Below, in pieces: positions 10,139 through 19,791 of a stretch of 64,000 nucleotides of DNA. The stretch is from positions 1 to 64,000 of the forward strand of contig CAZSKP010000009.1 of the NCBI GenBank assembly GCA_964607485.1. The letters are read 5' to 3'. Under the pieces are notes generated by a model. It saw only the letters and a program-made list of their open reading frames with translations, had not been told where the DNA came from and ran no database searches. The stretch is from an uncultured bacterium (lineage in GTDB: Bacteria; Abyssobacteria; SURF-5). The first letter of the stretch is position 1. The number at the start of each line of letters is the position of its first letter. The translations under genes and the position numbers were made by a program.

Positions 10139-10417
10139 CTATCCTGCTTGTAATTCGGTCGCCTGATTGAGCTTGGCGAGAATCCCCTGCTTCTTGAGCA
10201 GGTTGCGCACTTTCTCCGTGGGCACGGCTCCCTTGCTCAACCAGTAGAGCGCGCGTTCCTCGTTTATGTTTATTTTGGGCGGCTCATTCTGCGGATGATA
10301 ATAACCGATGTTTTCCAGGCATCGCCCGTCGCGCGGACGCCTGACATCCGCAACCACCACCCTGTATTGGTCCACCTTCTTGCGTCCGACCCTCATCAGT
10401 CGGATCTTCGCTGGCAT
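10139..10417 (-). CDS. rpsP: 30S ribosomal protein S16
   Basis: KIRLMRVGRKK, YRVVVAD.RRPRDG and YWLSKGAVPTEKV. Confidence 0.96.
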   Translation of the reverse strand: MPAKIRLMRVGRKKVDQYRVVVADVRRPRDGRCLENIGYYHPQNEPPKININEERALYWLSKGAVPTEKVRNLLKKQGILAKLNQATELQAG

Positions 10418-10504
10418 CGTTTTTCCTCCCTTTTCGGCAGAATCACTACCTTTCCATCATTGATATTTTAACAGAATTCAAAACCTTCGTAAATAGCGGC
10501 AGGC

Positions 10505-11833
10505 TCAAATCGGGAATTTCAAGCCGCCGCCCAAGCCCCGGAGCCGCCCCATGCGACTCACCTGTTTCATCATCTTTTGCATCTGCTGAAACTGTTTCAG
10601 GAGGCGATTCACGTCGGCCACGCTCGTGGCGCTGCCCCGCGCGATTCTTTTCTTTCTGCTCCCGTCGATTATCTGGGGCGTCTGCCGTTCCTTTTTCGTC
10701 ATCGAGTTGATTATCGCCTCCACCTTGGCGAGGTTCTTCTCCTGCGGCTGGAGCCCCTTGAGTTTCGACATGCCGGGCATCATGGCCAGGATTTCGTCGA
10801 GCGGCCCCATCTTCTTCAGTTGCTGGAGCTGTTGTTGAAAATCCTCGAGCGTGAACTGAGCCTTGAGCAGCTTCTCCTGTAGTTCGGCGGCCCGCTTTTC
10901 GTCGATCGTTTCCTGGGCCTTTTCGACGAGCGAAAGCACATCGCCCATGCCGAGAATGCGCGACGCGACCCGGTTGGGATGGAACGTCTCGAAGGCGTCG
11001 AGTTTCTCTCCCACGCCTGCGAATTTTATCGGCTTCCCCGTCACCGCCCTGATGGAAAGGGCTGCGCCGCCGCGGGCGTCGCCGTCCAGCTTCGTCAGGA
11101 TGACGCCCGTGATGCCGACGCCGGTGTGGAAGCTCTCGGCCACGTTGACCGCGTCCTGCCCCGTCATCGCGTCGGCGACGAGCAGTATCTCCTCGGGACG
11201 AAGCGCGTCGCGGATGCGCCGCAGTTCTTCGACCAGTTTATCGTCTATGTGAAGCCTGCCCGCCGTGTCGAGTATTATCACGTCGCGACCATTTTCGCGT
11301 GCGTGCTGAACTGAACCCTTGCATATCCGCACCGGGTCGTCGGATTTTTCGACGCTGTACGCGGGAATGTCCAATTGTTCGGCCAGTATCTCCAGTTGCC
11401 TGACCGCGGCGGGCCTGTACACGTCGGCCGCAACGAGGAGCGGTTGGTGGCCGCGAGCGCGCAGGCTGCGAGCCAGCTTGGCCGCGGTAGTGGTCTTGCC
11501 CGAACCCTGCAGGCCAATGAGCATGATGGTTGTCGGAGGCTCCGACGCGAAACTGAGCCGCTCGGCCTCGCCTCCCATCAACTGGACGAGCTCGTCATGG
11601 ACGACTTTTACAAGCTGCTGGCCGGGTGTGATGCTCTCAAGCACCTCTCGGCCCATCGCCTTCTCCTGAACATGGCCGATGAAGTCCTTGACGACCTTGT
11701 AGTTTACGTCCGCTTCGAGCAGGGCCAGACGAACATCCCGGAGCCCTTCTTTCATATTCTTCTCAGAGAGCTTTCCCAGCCCTCGAAGGTTCCTGAATGT
11801 CTTCTGAAGCTTTTCGCTCAGGTTTTCAAACAT
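10505..11833 (-). CDS. ffh: Signal recognition particle protein Ffh
   Basis: ALLEADV, GLQGSGKTT, DTAGR, TKLDGDARGG, RILGMGD and Met-rich M domain. Confidence 0.98.
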   Translation of the reverse strand: MFENLSEKLQKTFRNLRGLGKLSEKNMKEGLRDVRLALLEADVNYKVVKDFIGHVQEKAMGREVLESITPGQQLVKVVHDELVQLMGGEAERLSFASEPPTTIMLIGLQGSGKTTTAAKLARSLRARGHQPLLVAADVYRPAAVRQLEILAEQLDIPAYSVEKSDDPVRICKGSVQHARENGRDVIILDTAGRLHIDDKLVEELRRIRDALRPEEILLVADAMTGQDAVNVAESFHTGVGITGVILTKLDGDARGGAALSIRAVTGKPIKFAGVGEKLDAFETFHPNRVASRILGMGDVLSLVEKAQETIDEKRAAELQEKLLKAQFTLEDFQQQLQQLKKMGPLDEILAMMPGMSKLKGLQPQEKNLAKVEAIINSMTKKERQTPQIIDGSRKKRIARGSATSVADVNRLLKQFQQMQKMMKQVSRMGRLRGLGGGLKFPI

Positions 11834-11893
11834 GAAGCCTCATCCGGTTCCTACCACAAAACAGCCGGGAGAGCTCCCGGCATCCGGAGAGAC

Positions 11894-11922
11894 AGTATAG
11901 TACATAAATGCAGAAATGTCAA
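11894..11922 (-). promoter_or_regulatory. sigma70 promoter of the ffh operon
   Basis: Minus strand TTGACA-17 nt-TATACT, about 60 nt upstream of ffh. Confidence 0.75.
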
Positions 11923-12046
11923 CGTTGTTTGAAAGATTTACGCAGGCGTGCAAGGAACTTCAGGCGGCCGCCGAGTGGAGAGATATGACTGCCGCGACCT
12001 CTGCTTCCCCCAACAATGCGGGCGGAAAAAGCGAGCGGGATTCCGT

Positions 12047-12181
12047 CTATTCGCTACAAGCCACTACCGAGTGTTGCCCGGATTCGAGCTGGGTGACGTA
12101 ACACTTCAGGACGTCGTCCCAATAGGTGACATACCACAACCCGGACTTCTCATCGTAGTGCCGTATGACGTTCTGTTCCAA
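12047..12181 (-). CDS. Putative small protein (44 aa)
   Basis: TTG start 10 nt after AAGAGGAG; MEQNVIRHYDEKSGLWYVTYWDDVLKCYVTQLESGQHSVVACSE*. Below the ORF-track cutoff. Confidence 0.5.
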   Translation of the reverse strand: MEQNVIRHYDEKSGLWYVTYWDDVLKCYVTQLESGQHSVVACSE

Positions 12182-12423
12182 GCCGCTCAATCTCCTCTTA
12201 CGGAAGGCCCTTTTGTTGAACAGACGCTACCGGCATCCATTCATAATCTGCAAAAACATGAACGAATTAAGTTGGCCGCGGAGGGGCTCAACTCATCGCT
12301 CCGCTTCCGCTCCCGGTTTTCTGGCCGTGGGCCACAATAGCACTGATGTAGATAGGGATGTAGATTCCTCACGTCCGGTCTGATGCGCAGCCCACATCGC
12401 CCTCTCCGCAGCCAAAGTCGAAG

Positions 12424-12885
12424 CTATGTCTTCTCAGGCCGGTAAAGGGTTTTCAGCACATCCATGAACTCATCTATGTCTTTGAACCGGCGATAGACCG
12501 AGGCGAACCGCACATAGGCGACTTCGTCGAGGTTCCTCAGTTCTTCCATAACCATGGCGCCGACAGTCTCGGAGGAAACCTCTTTTTCCATCGAGCTGTT
12601 GATGCTTTTCTCGATCCTGTCAACCAGGTCCTCTATCTGTTCGACGCCGACCGGGCGCTTCTCGCAGGCTTTGAGGATGCCTATCACGATCTTGCTCCGG
12701 TCGAAGGGCTCACGTCGCCCGTCTTTCTTGGCGACCATGAGTGGGATTTCCTCGATACGTTCGTACGTGGTGAATCGCTTCGTGCACGCGAGACATTCGC
12801 GTCTGCGACGAATGAGTTCCCCGTCTCTGATGGTGCGCGAGTCAACGACCTTGTCGTCGGGGTGTGCGCAAAAGGGGCATTTCAT
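12424..12885 (-). CDS. nrdR: Transcriptional repressor NrdR
   Basis: MKCPFC...VVDSR...[19 protein letters not shown] cone and [11 protein letters not shown]. Confidence 0.98.
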   Translation of the reverse strand: MKCPFCAHPDDKVVDSRTIRDGELIRRRRECLACTKRFTTYERIEEIPLMVAKKDGRREPFDRSKIVIGILKACEKRPVGVEQIEDLVDRIEKSINSSMEKEVSSETVGAMVMEELRNLDEVAYVRFASVYRRFKDIDEFMDVLKTLYRPEKT

Positions 12886-12917
12886 CTCCGGGGTCCTCGC
12901 GCGGTGGGATGGTGAAA

Positions 12918-12970
12918 GTCCATTATTTGGTGTTTGCGCAGATTATACCATACTACATATAGGGTGTCAA
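12918..12970 (-). promoter_or_regulatory. nrdR promoter with two candidate NrdR boxes
   Basis: Perfect TTGACA-17-TATAAT (12970-12942). Box 1 atactacatatagggt (12950-12965) lies in the spacer; a weaker box 2 at 12918-12933 is offset by 32 bp. Confidence 0.75.
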
Positions 12971-12995
12971 GCGAAAATTTTTCGCGTCCGGCCGC

Positions 12996-13571
12996 TTAAG
13001 TGGGGCTCCGTCGTGCTCGTTCGATGCGCTGAAAATAGGACAGCGCAGTCTGTCCGTAGGTGCGGGTTCGGGCCAGTGGAATGCCCGAAATAGAGGGTGG
13101 CGGTTCGGTCTTCTTGAAGTGTTCGACGACGATAATCGCCTCTGGAGAGGTGATGCAATGCTTTGTGAGGACACCGGCCACGTCCGCAAGCAGGCCGGCT
13201 TCGTATGGCGGGTCGATGAAGACCAGGTCGAATCTTTTCCCTCTTTTCCGGAGTTTCCTGACCGCCAAACGGAAATCCGCCCTGATGATCTCACCCTTTT
13301 CGGAGAGCCGGGTCTTCGCGAGGTTGTCGGCTATCGTGCGAACGGCGTTGGAGTCGTTCTCGACAAACACTACATGCTCCGCACCTCGGCTGAGAGCCTC
13401 GATGCCCAGCGCGCCGCTGCCGGCAAAAAGGTCGAGCGCTCTGGCGCCCGCCACGCTCTCACGCAAGGTATCGAACAGCGCTCCCCTCAGTTTGTCCGAC
13501 GTCGGCCGGGTGCGCATGCCCCCAGGCGCCTTGATGGGTATTCCTTTCGCCTTGCCGCCGGTCACTCTCAC
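12996..13571 (-). CDS. rsmD: 16S rRNA m2G966 methyltransferase
   Basis: TRPTSDKLR, LDLFAGSGALGIEALSRGA, FIDPPY and YGQT. Confidence 0.95.
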   Translation of the reverse strand: MRVTGGKAKGIPIKAPGGMRTRPTSDKLRGALFDTLRESVAGARALDLFAGSGALGIEALSRGAEHVVFVENDSNAVRTIADNLAKTRLSEKGEIIRADFRLAVRKLRKRGKRFDLVFIDPPYEAGLLADVAGVLTKHCITSPEAIIVVEHFKKTEPPPSISGIPLARTRTYGQTALSYFQRIERARRSPT

Positions 13572-13586
13572 AAACAGAGTCCTCCG

Positions 13587-15695
13587 TCACAGGTGAACGG
13601 CCTCGGGCAGGGGTTTGTCGAGCATAAGCCTGAGCGGTGCGTTTTCGGACGATTCGAGACGCGGGTCGGCGTCGAGAATCGCGGCTGCGGCTTCGCGGGC
13701 ACGTTCGAGCAATTGCGCGTCTCTGACCAGATGGCCGACGCGTAACGGAGGGAGTCCGCTCTGCGCCGTTCCCAGAAACTCGCCTGGGCCCCTGAGGAGC
13801 ATGTCGTGCTCGGCTATCGCGAAACCGTCATTCGTCGAGACCATGATCTCGAGCCTCCTGACCGCCTCCGGCGTCGAGGGTTCGGCCATCAGAAAACAGC
13901 GTGACTTGTGATGGGAGCGTCCGACGCGCCCTCTCAACTGGTGTAGCTGAGCCAGCCCAAACCTGTCGGCGCTCTCGACGATCATGACGGACGCGTTGGG
14001 CACATCGACGCCGACCTCGACGATGGTGGTCGCTACCAGAATCTGAGCCTCATTCCTGCGGAATCGCAGAAGCGTCTTTTCCCTATCCTCGGGCCGCATC
14101 CTGCCATGCAACAGCGCAACGGACAGCTCAGAGAAGAGCTTCTTGTAGTCCGCGTAAGTCCTGCTCGCCGTCGCGGCGGTTCTGCCCGCGTCGCCGCGAG
14201 GCGCGCCCGCCGGAACGCGCTGCTCTCCTATTTCGGGACAAACGACGAATGCCTGTCTGCCGCCCGAAATCTCTTCACGCACGAATTGGCACACTTGCCC
14301 GCGCTCCGACTCGGAGACGTGGCGGGTCTCGACCGGATGTCTTCCCGGCGGGCATTCGTCGATGACTATCGTCTCGAAGTTGCCGTAAAGAGCGAGCGCG
14401 AGCGTGCGCGGAATTGGGGTGGCGGTCATCACGATGAGGTCGGGGCTGACGCCCTTCTCCCTGAGCGCCGCGCGCTGGCTGACGCCGAACCGATGCTGTT
14501 CGTCTATTATTACCAGGCCTGCGTTCGGGATGCTGACCTTCTTTTGAATGAGCGCATGAGTGCCGACTATCAGGGAAGGCGTTCCCGACGCCAGCAGTTT
14601 CAAAGCGCGCTCCTTCTCGGGCGTCGAACGGCTTCCCGAGAGCAGGGCTGTCCTGAGCTCGATGCCCCGAAGCAACTCGCGCAGACTGGACAGGTGCTGC
14701 TCGGCGAGAACCTCGGTCGGCGCCATCAGGATGGCCTGTTTGCCGTTTTCGATGGCCTTCAGCATCGAATAGGCGGCAACAACTGTCTTGCCTGAGCCGA
14801 CGTCGCCCTGAAGCAGGACGTTCATCTGGCGGGGGGATTCCATGCGCGCGAAGATTTCGGTGATCGCTCGCTGCTGTGCGCGTGTAGGTCTAAAAGGAAT
14901 GCAGGAATCAAGCCGAGAGGTCAGGCTCGGAGCCGAATTGTGGGCGATTCCGCCGCCGTATTCGCCGCCGGCCGCCGACTGAATAGATAATTGAAGCGCG
15001 AGAAATTCCTCGAAGGCAATCCTCCTTCGAGCCGTCTCGGACTCCTCGCTTACGTGGGGGAAATGGATCGCACGGAGCGCATCCTTTCTTGAAACCAGCC
15101 CGTGGGCGTCGATAACCCCGGCAGGCAGGTTTTCGGGAATGCCGTCAAGAAAATCCTCCAGCGCATCATGCACGAGCCGCCGCAGTCTCTTCTGTCCAAG
15201 TCCCTCGGTCAGCGGATATACCGGCACGAGCCCCATCGTGTGGAGGAAATCATGCTCTTCGCCCGACATCGGCTCGACATCCGGATTCTCCATCTGCAGG
15301 CCACGCCGTTCCAAGACGCTGCCCGAAAGGATTACGTTCGCGCCTGCCGGAAGATTTCTCCTGATGTAGGGTTGGTTGAACCAGACGACCTTCAGGGAGC
15401 CGGTTCCATCGCTCACGAGGCACTGAGTGATATGGAGCCGCCTCAAGGGGCGGAAGCATCGCACGCGGGTCACCTCGCCCCGCACGACGGCGGGCTGCGA
15501 TGCGCGAACGGACCCGATGGGGACGATGTTACGACGGTCGAGATATGCGCGTGGGAAGTGGTACAGCAACTCTCCGACCGTGGATACGCCGATTTTGTGG
15601 AGCACCAACCCGGTTTTCGGGCCGACTCCCCTGCAGGCGGAAACGGCGAGCGACAGCGGCGAACCGTCCCTTTTTCCGCTGCGTGTCAATCTCAA
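13587..15695 (-). CDS. recG: ATP-dependent DNA helicase RecG
   Basis: Wedge domain, QGDVGSGKT, DEQHRFG, MTATPIPRTL, QLHQLRGRVGR and RGPGE. Confidence 0.97.
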   Translation of the reverse strand: MRLTRSGKRDGSPLSLAVSACRGVGPKTGLVLHKIGVSTVGELLYHFPRAYLDRRNIVPIGSVRASQPAVVRGEVTRVRCFRPLRRLHITQCLVSDGTGSLKVVWFNQPYIRRNLPAGANVILSGSVLERRGLQMENPDVEPMSGEEHDFLHTMGLVPVYPLTEGLGQKRLRRLVHDALEDFLDGIPENLPAGVIDAHGLVSRKDALRAIHFPHVSEESETARRRIAFEEFLALQLSIQSAAGGEYGGGIAHNSAPSLTSRLDSCIPFRPTRAQQRAITEIFARMESPRQMNVLLQGDVGSGKTVVAAYSMLKAIENGKQAILMAPTEVLAEQHLSSLRELLRGIELRTALLSGSRSTPEKERALKLLASGTPSLIVGTHALIQKKVSIPNAGLVIIDEQHRFGVSQRAALREKGVSPDLIVMTATPIPRTLALALYGNFETIVIDECPPGRHPVETRHVSESERGQVCQFVREEISGGRQAFVVCPEIGEQRVPAGAPRGDAGRTAATASRTYADYKKLFSELSVALLHGRMRPEDREKTLLRFRRNEAQILVATTIVEVGVDVPNASVMIVESADRFGLAQLHQLRGRVGRSHHKSRCFLMAEPSTPEAVRRLEIMVSTNDGFAIAEHDMLLRGPGEFLGTAQSGLPPLRVGHLVRDAQLLERAREAAAAILDADPRLESSENAPLRLMLDKPLPEAVHL

Positions 15696-16609
15696 CGCCC
15701 TTCCGCTTCAGGTGACGGGCGGGCCTGAGACGCTTCTTCCTCTTTCCTTGCGATCACGAACATGTCAATGAACCTGAATTTCACGATAGTGTCTTCAATG
15801 CCAAGCCACTGGACGAGCCTGTCGGCGACGCGGCGGGCGGTCTTGCTGTAAGGTTCCAGCTTGGTCACCAGGAACCGCATGCTACAGGGCCACACTCCCG
15901 GCCGCGTTTCGATCAGTTTGAACCCCGTCTTCGAAAGCATCCGCTCGAGGGTTTCCTTTGAGAAGAAGTAATTGTGTTCGGCCGCCTTCTTGAATCCGTA
16001 CCAGTAGCCCCCCATCATGCGAGCCGGGAGACTGCCCGAATTCGGCACGGTCATGAAAAGGTATCCGCGAGGTCTTAGAATGCGGTTGATTTCGGCCAGC
16101 TCGTTCGTGGGGTCGAACGAGTGTTCGAGCATATCCCACATCGTGGCTACGTCGTATGAGGACGTCGGCGCCCCTGCGTGTGCGAGCGTTCCCGTGTACA
16201 CCCTCACCTTTGCTTTATCCCTGGCCGCCTGTGAGGCGAACGGGGAAACCTCGACCCCCTCGGCCTTCCATCCGCGTGAGCTTGCAACCTGGAGAAAATA
16301 TCCGAAGGCGCAGCCTATATCTATTATGGAAGCGGGCGGCCGGACAAACTTTTCTATGACCGCAAGGTGTTCGGTGAACACCTGTTTCAGACCTTCGGCG
16401 TGGCTGGAATAGTCGTCGTAGCCCAGTGTGGAGGGATTCTGGCTGACAAAGTACTGTTCAGAGTAAATATCCGATACGTCCTTCGCCGGCCGGCGCGGAT
16501 TCGTGTAGAACAACCCGCAGGAGTCGCACCGAACAATCTGAAATTCGCCGACCCTGCAATAGGGGGAGGCGTCTTCGGCGCCACAGAGGTTGCAGGCGAC
16601 ATATTCCAA
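15692..16609 (-). CDS. Class I SAM-dependent methyltransferase with N-terminal Cys motifs
   Basis: CNLCG...CDSCGL, IIDIGCAFGYF and WDMLEH. TTG 16609 preferred as start (AGGAG 10 nt upstream), since ATG 16657 abuts a terminator. Confidence 0.85.
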   Translation of the reverse strand: MEYVACNLCGAEDASPYCRVGEFQIVRCDSCGLFYTNPRRPAKDVSDIYSEQYFVSQNPSTLGYDDYSSHAEGLKQVFTEHLAVIEKFVRPPASIIDIGCAFGYFLQVASSRGWKAEGVEVSPFASQAARDKAKVRVYTGTLAHAGAPTSSYDVATMWDMLEHSFDPTNELAEINRILRPRGYLFMTVPNSGSLPARMMGGYWYGFKKAAEHNYFFSKETLERMLSKTGFKLIETRPGVWPCSMRFLVTKLEPYSKTARRVADRLVQWLGIEDTIVKFRFIDMFVIARKEEEASQARPSPEAEGR

Positions 16610-16668
16610 TGCCGACGGTCTCCTCAAACAGTTGCCAGCCGACGGTCGCGGCTTCATGTTCAGGCAGC

Positions 16669-16701
16669 AAAAAGCCCGGACCGCATAAGCTTTCCGGGCT
16701 T
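16669..16701 (-). terminator. Intrinsic terminator after the tandem coiled-coil genes
   Basis: Stem AAGCCCGGA / TCCGGGCTT ending in a short T run on the minus strand. Confidence 0.65.
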
Positions 16702-16727
16702 GCGATAGCGCCGATTTTGCCGCTGCA

Positions 16728-17729
16728 TCACGACGAAGAGAGCGTTTCTTCTGAGAGCGCGTCGGCCGTCGTCTGTTTCAACCCTTCCTGAATGTCGAGG
16801 GTCAGCGAGGCTGCGGACTCGGCCCTTTCGACCCTCTCAGGCTCGAGGCGCGCCTTGAGCACCTCGGATTTTGCTGCATCGCTTTGGATCTGGTCGAGTC
16901 GTTTCTCTGTCGAAGATATCAGGTAGTTATTCCGTGCCTCTATCTGTTTTATGCCTTTCTGAACATTGGCCAGTGAGCCCTTCTGGACGGAAAGCTCTCG
17001 GTTGGTATCGTCAAGCCGAGCAGATACCTGGTCGAGGCGTTCCTCTACCGTGGACTGGTCGGCGATTTTGGCTTCGATGGCACTCATTTCCTTCGACATC
17101 TTCGCCCTCTTGTTGAGCTCGTCTCTGACGGCCATTATTTCGTCTATCGTGCCGACCGCGCGGTAATCGGTAAGCTCAGCCTCGAGCTTCGTGTTCTCAG
17201 TCTGGAGCTCGGCAAGCTGCTCGCCCGGCGTCGGTCCGCTCGTCAATATTTTCTCAACCACCTTCATGCCGGGCTTCACTCCGAAGAATCCTATGACCAG
17301 ACCGGCCGCGGCGACGGCGACAAACAACAGAGCGGCCTTGATGCCGCGCCTGCGTTTCGGAGGCGCGTACTCCTCTACTTCGGGGGGTGGCGAAATGGGT
17401 GCCTCGCGTTCCGCCACCGCGCCAACCTCTCCACCCGTGACGCCCCCCGACGTGACTTCTTCACCGAAGTCAATCCCGAGCCCCAATTCCTCATCGACCG
17501 GGGGCTCTGTAGCGCCGATAGGCTGTCCAAGATCGGGTCCGCCTCCGGAGGAACCCGAGAACCCGCCGTCGCTCATTCCGGTTTCAAGGCTGATGGTATC
17601 GGCGTCGAACTCCTCGCCGAAGCCGGCATCTCCCACATCGAACATATCCTCGCCCGTGTCACCCGGAATCGCCTGCGAGATATCGGCCTTCTTCCGCTTC
17701 CTGAAAATTCCGAAGATCTTTTCGAACAT
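16728..17729 (-). CDS. Hypothetical bitopic membrane protein (acidic disordered N-region, single TM, coiled coil), paralog 2
   Basis: MFEKIFGIFRKRKK, D/E/G/P-rich region, TM (AALLFVAVAAAGLVIGFFGV) and heptad-rich C-terminus; GGAGG RBS. Confidence 0.85.
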   Translation of the reverse strand: MFEKIFGIFRKRKKADISQAIPGDTGEDMFDVGDAGFGEEFDADTISLETGMSDGGFSGSSGGGPDLGQPIGATEPPVDEELGLGIDFGEEVTSGGVTGGEVGAVAEREAPISPPPEVEEYAPPKRRRGIKAALLFVAVAAAGLVIGFFGVKPGMKVVEKILTSGPTPGEQLAELQTENTKLEAELTDYRAVGTIDEIMAVRDELNKRAKMSKEMSAIEAKIADQSTVEERLDQVSARLDDTNRELSVQKGSLANVQKGIKQIEARNNYLISSTEKRLDQIQSDAAKSEVLKARLEPERVERAESAASLTLDIQEGLKQTTADALSEETLSSS

Positions 17730-17780
17730 GTAATCCTCCGCCTCCGGTCAGTTTCCGAACGTATTTGTTTCCCCCATCTC

Positions 17781-18836
17781 CTATTCCGGCGCAGCTTCGG
17801 AAGGAGTTGCCGGCGAAACTGCAGGAGTCAACCGGGAGAGCTGCTGATCGAGTTCGGCCAGTTTCTCCTGGAAACTCTCGATGTCTTCCATCTGAAGCTC
17901 AATCAACAGGCGTTGACTGATTTCGGCGCGCACCAATTCAAGCTGGAAACGCGCATACTCTTCTTCGGTCTGCTTTGCCAAGGCGGCCACCCTGACCCGT
18001 GCATCTTCTATCTGTGCCTTAACCTGGCTGATCTCAGCGCGTGTCTTCGATATGTTGGATTCGATCTCGCCAATCTTTGCCACCAACCCGTCGTACGTGG
18101 CCTCCCTCTCCTTCGCGAGGTTATATTCAGTCTCGAATTGCTCCATCGCCCCCTCGGAGTCTCGCACCTGGGCGAGCTGCTGCTGAAGGGCTTTCACCTC
18201 GGCCGGCTTTCCCATTCCTACGAATTCGCTGATCTCCGATTTCAATTTTTCGTTCTTTCGCCGCTCGGCGTTCACCTGTGTCTGAATGTCGAGCTTGGGC
18301 TGCTCCGTGCCGGAACTCCTTATGAGCTTGCCTACCACGGGCCACAGGAACAACTGAGCCACTCCCCCCAAGATTAAGGCAATCACGGCCACAATGGCCA
18401 GCGTAATAATCCGCTTGCCGGGAGAAACGGGCTCGGGCTCCTCCATGGCCTCGAGGAACGGCGGCGCCTCGGCTTCGCCAGGGAAGGCGGCCGGAGCCTC
18501 CGCTCCGGCTTCCGCTACGCCCAGGTCGGTTCCGGATATTTCGTCGCTGATCGTTCGTTCGTCGAAATCGCTCGCCCCGGTCGAAAAATCTCCTTCGCCG
18601 GTCTGAAAATCGGCGTCGGAAAAAGGAGGTTCCATTCCGGGTCCGCTCTCGGCGCCGACCGGCGCTGTGCCAACCTTGTCGATCGATTCCTGCAAGTCGC
18701 TGATATCGCCGAAACCCTCATCCAGCCCAAAATCGTCCAGGCCCGGCTCTTTGCCGTTCATGATGGTGGTTTCGCCGCTCTGCCTTTTGCGTCTTCTTGT
18801 AAAACGCTTGAAAAAGCCCGAGATTTTTTCGAACAT
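17781..18836 (-). CDS. Hypothetical bitopic membrane protein (acidic disordered N-region, single TM, coiled coil), paralog 1
   Basis: MFEKISGFFKRFTRRRKR, acidic region, TM (IITLAIVAVIALILGGVAQLFLW) and long coiled coil. Confidence 0.85.
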   Translation of the reverse strand: MFEKISGFFKRFTRRRKRQSGETTIMNGKEPGLDDFGLDEGFGDISDLQESIDKVGTAPVGAESGPGMEPPFSDADFQTGEGDFSTGASDFDERTISDEISGTDLGVAEAGAEAPAAFPGEAEAPPFLEAMEEPEPVSPGKRIITLAIVAVIALILGGVAQLFLWPVVGKLIRSSGTEQPKLDIQTQVNAERRKNEKLKSEISEFVGMGKPAEVKALQQQLAQVRDSEGAMEQFETEYNLAKEREATYDGLVAKIGEIESNISKTRAEISQVKAQIEDARVRVAALAKQTEEEYARFQLELVRAEISQRLLIELQMEDIESFQEKLAELDQQLSRLTPAVSPATPSEAAPE

Positions 18837-18892
18837 GTCTTTGTTCCCTTTTGTTCGTCCCACAAAGACGCACGTGACCTCTTCTTTTGTGA

Positions 18893-18921
18893 ATTATACC
18901 TCAAAACTCCTTGCTTGTCAA
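18893..18921 (-). promoter_or_regulatory. Consensus sigma70 promoter for the coiled-coil pair
   Basis: Minus strand TTGACA-17 nt-TATAAT. Confidence 0.8.
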
Positions 18922-19105
18922 CATCTTTCGCCTTCACACGGCGCGTCCTCAAAGAATGAGATGAACACGAGGAGAATATCGTCGGTGATTGATGAGGCAA
19001 ACACCGTGCCAGCCTCAGGACTCATTGCTGAAGCTGTGCGAGGGACAGACCGAACTGGGGAGAAACAGGGGGCGGAGAGAGGAGAGTGAATGAGACGAAG
19101 GCTTC

Positions 19106-19759
19106 CTATCGGACGAGCGTTGAGTGGATGAGCCTGCCTCCGTATCCGACAAAGAGAAGACCGAACAGAAGCAGAAAAGCTCCGCATGCCTGGAGCATGT
19201 GGCGATACAGTTTCGCTTCGAGCATCCGCCTGCCCGAACCCACGAGCAGCCCGACGAGCCCGAACCACAAAAAGTCCGCTGAAATGTGACCGATATAGAA
19301 CACGACGATTCCCACCAGGCCGGCCTTTGCGGAGAACAACACGAGCGCCAGCCCGGCCGTGAGCCACCACGCCGTCCAGTACGGGTTTGCAATCGTCACG
19401 GCGGCCCCGCCCACGAGCAGACTGTGCGGCCTGTCGGGGGAGACGGAATCATCGGTCAAGCTTGCGCCCTCGCGAGGCTGCCTGATTGCGCCCACGCCCA
19501 TCCACAGGAGAATGGCGCCCCCGAGAAGACCAACGGGACCGGCTATCGCGTCCACCGAGACGAGTCGGCTCAAACCGCCGACGAGCGCGCCGACCATCAG
19601 CAGTTCCAGGAATGAATGGCCGCTCGCCAGCCACAATGCCGACCACTTGCCCCGGCTGAGGGATTCCTTGAGCGTGAGGGCAAGCAGCGGACCCGGCATC
19701 ATGGCGCCGGTCAGGCCGATGCCGAGTGAGGTAACGAATATCACCGCCAGATTTTGCAT
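19106..19759 (-). CDS. LysE family transporter
   Basis: Starts MQNLAV; GAMMPGPL, GHSFLE, ANPYW..WW and GHISADFLW; multiple TM segments. Confidence 0.9.
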   Translation of the reverse strand: MQNLAVIFVTSLGIGLTGAMMPGPLLALTLKESLSRGKWSALWLASGHSFLELLMVGALVGGLSRLVSVDAIAGPVGLLGGAILLWMGVGAIRQPREGASLTDDSVSPDRPHSLLVGGAAVTIANPYWTAWWLTAGLALVLFSAKAGLVGIVVFYIGHISADFLWFGLVGLLVGSGRRMLEAKLYRHMLQACGAFLLLFGLLFVGYGGRLIHSTLVR

Positions 19760-19791
19760 CGAAGACAATCCTGAAGAGTCACTCACATGTC

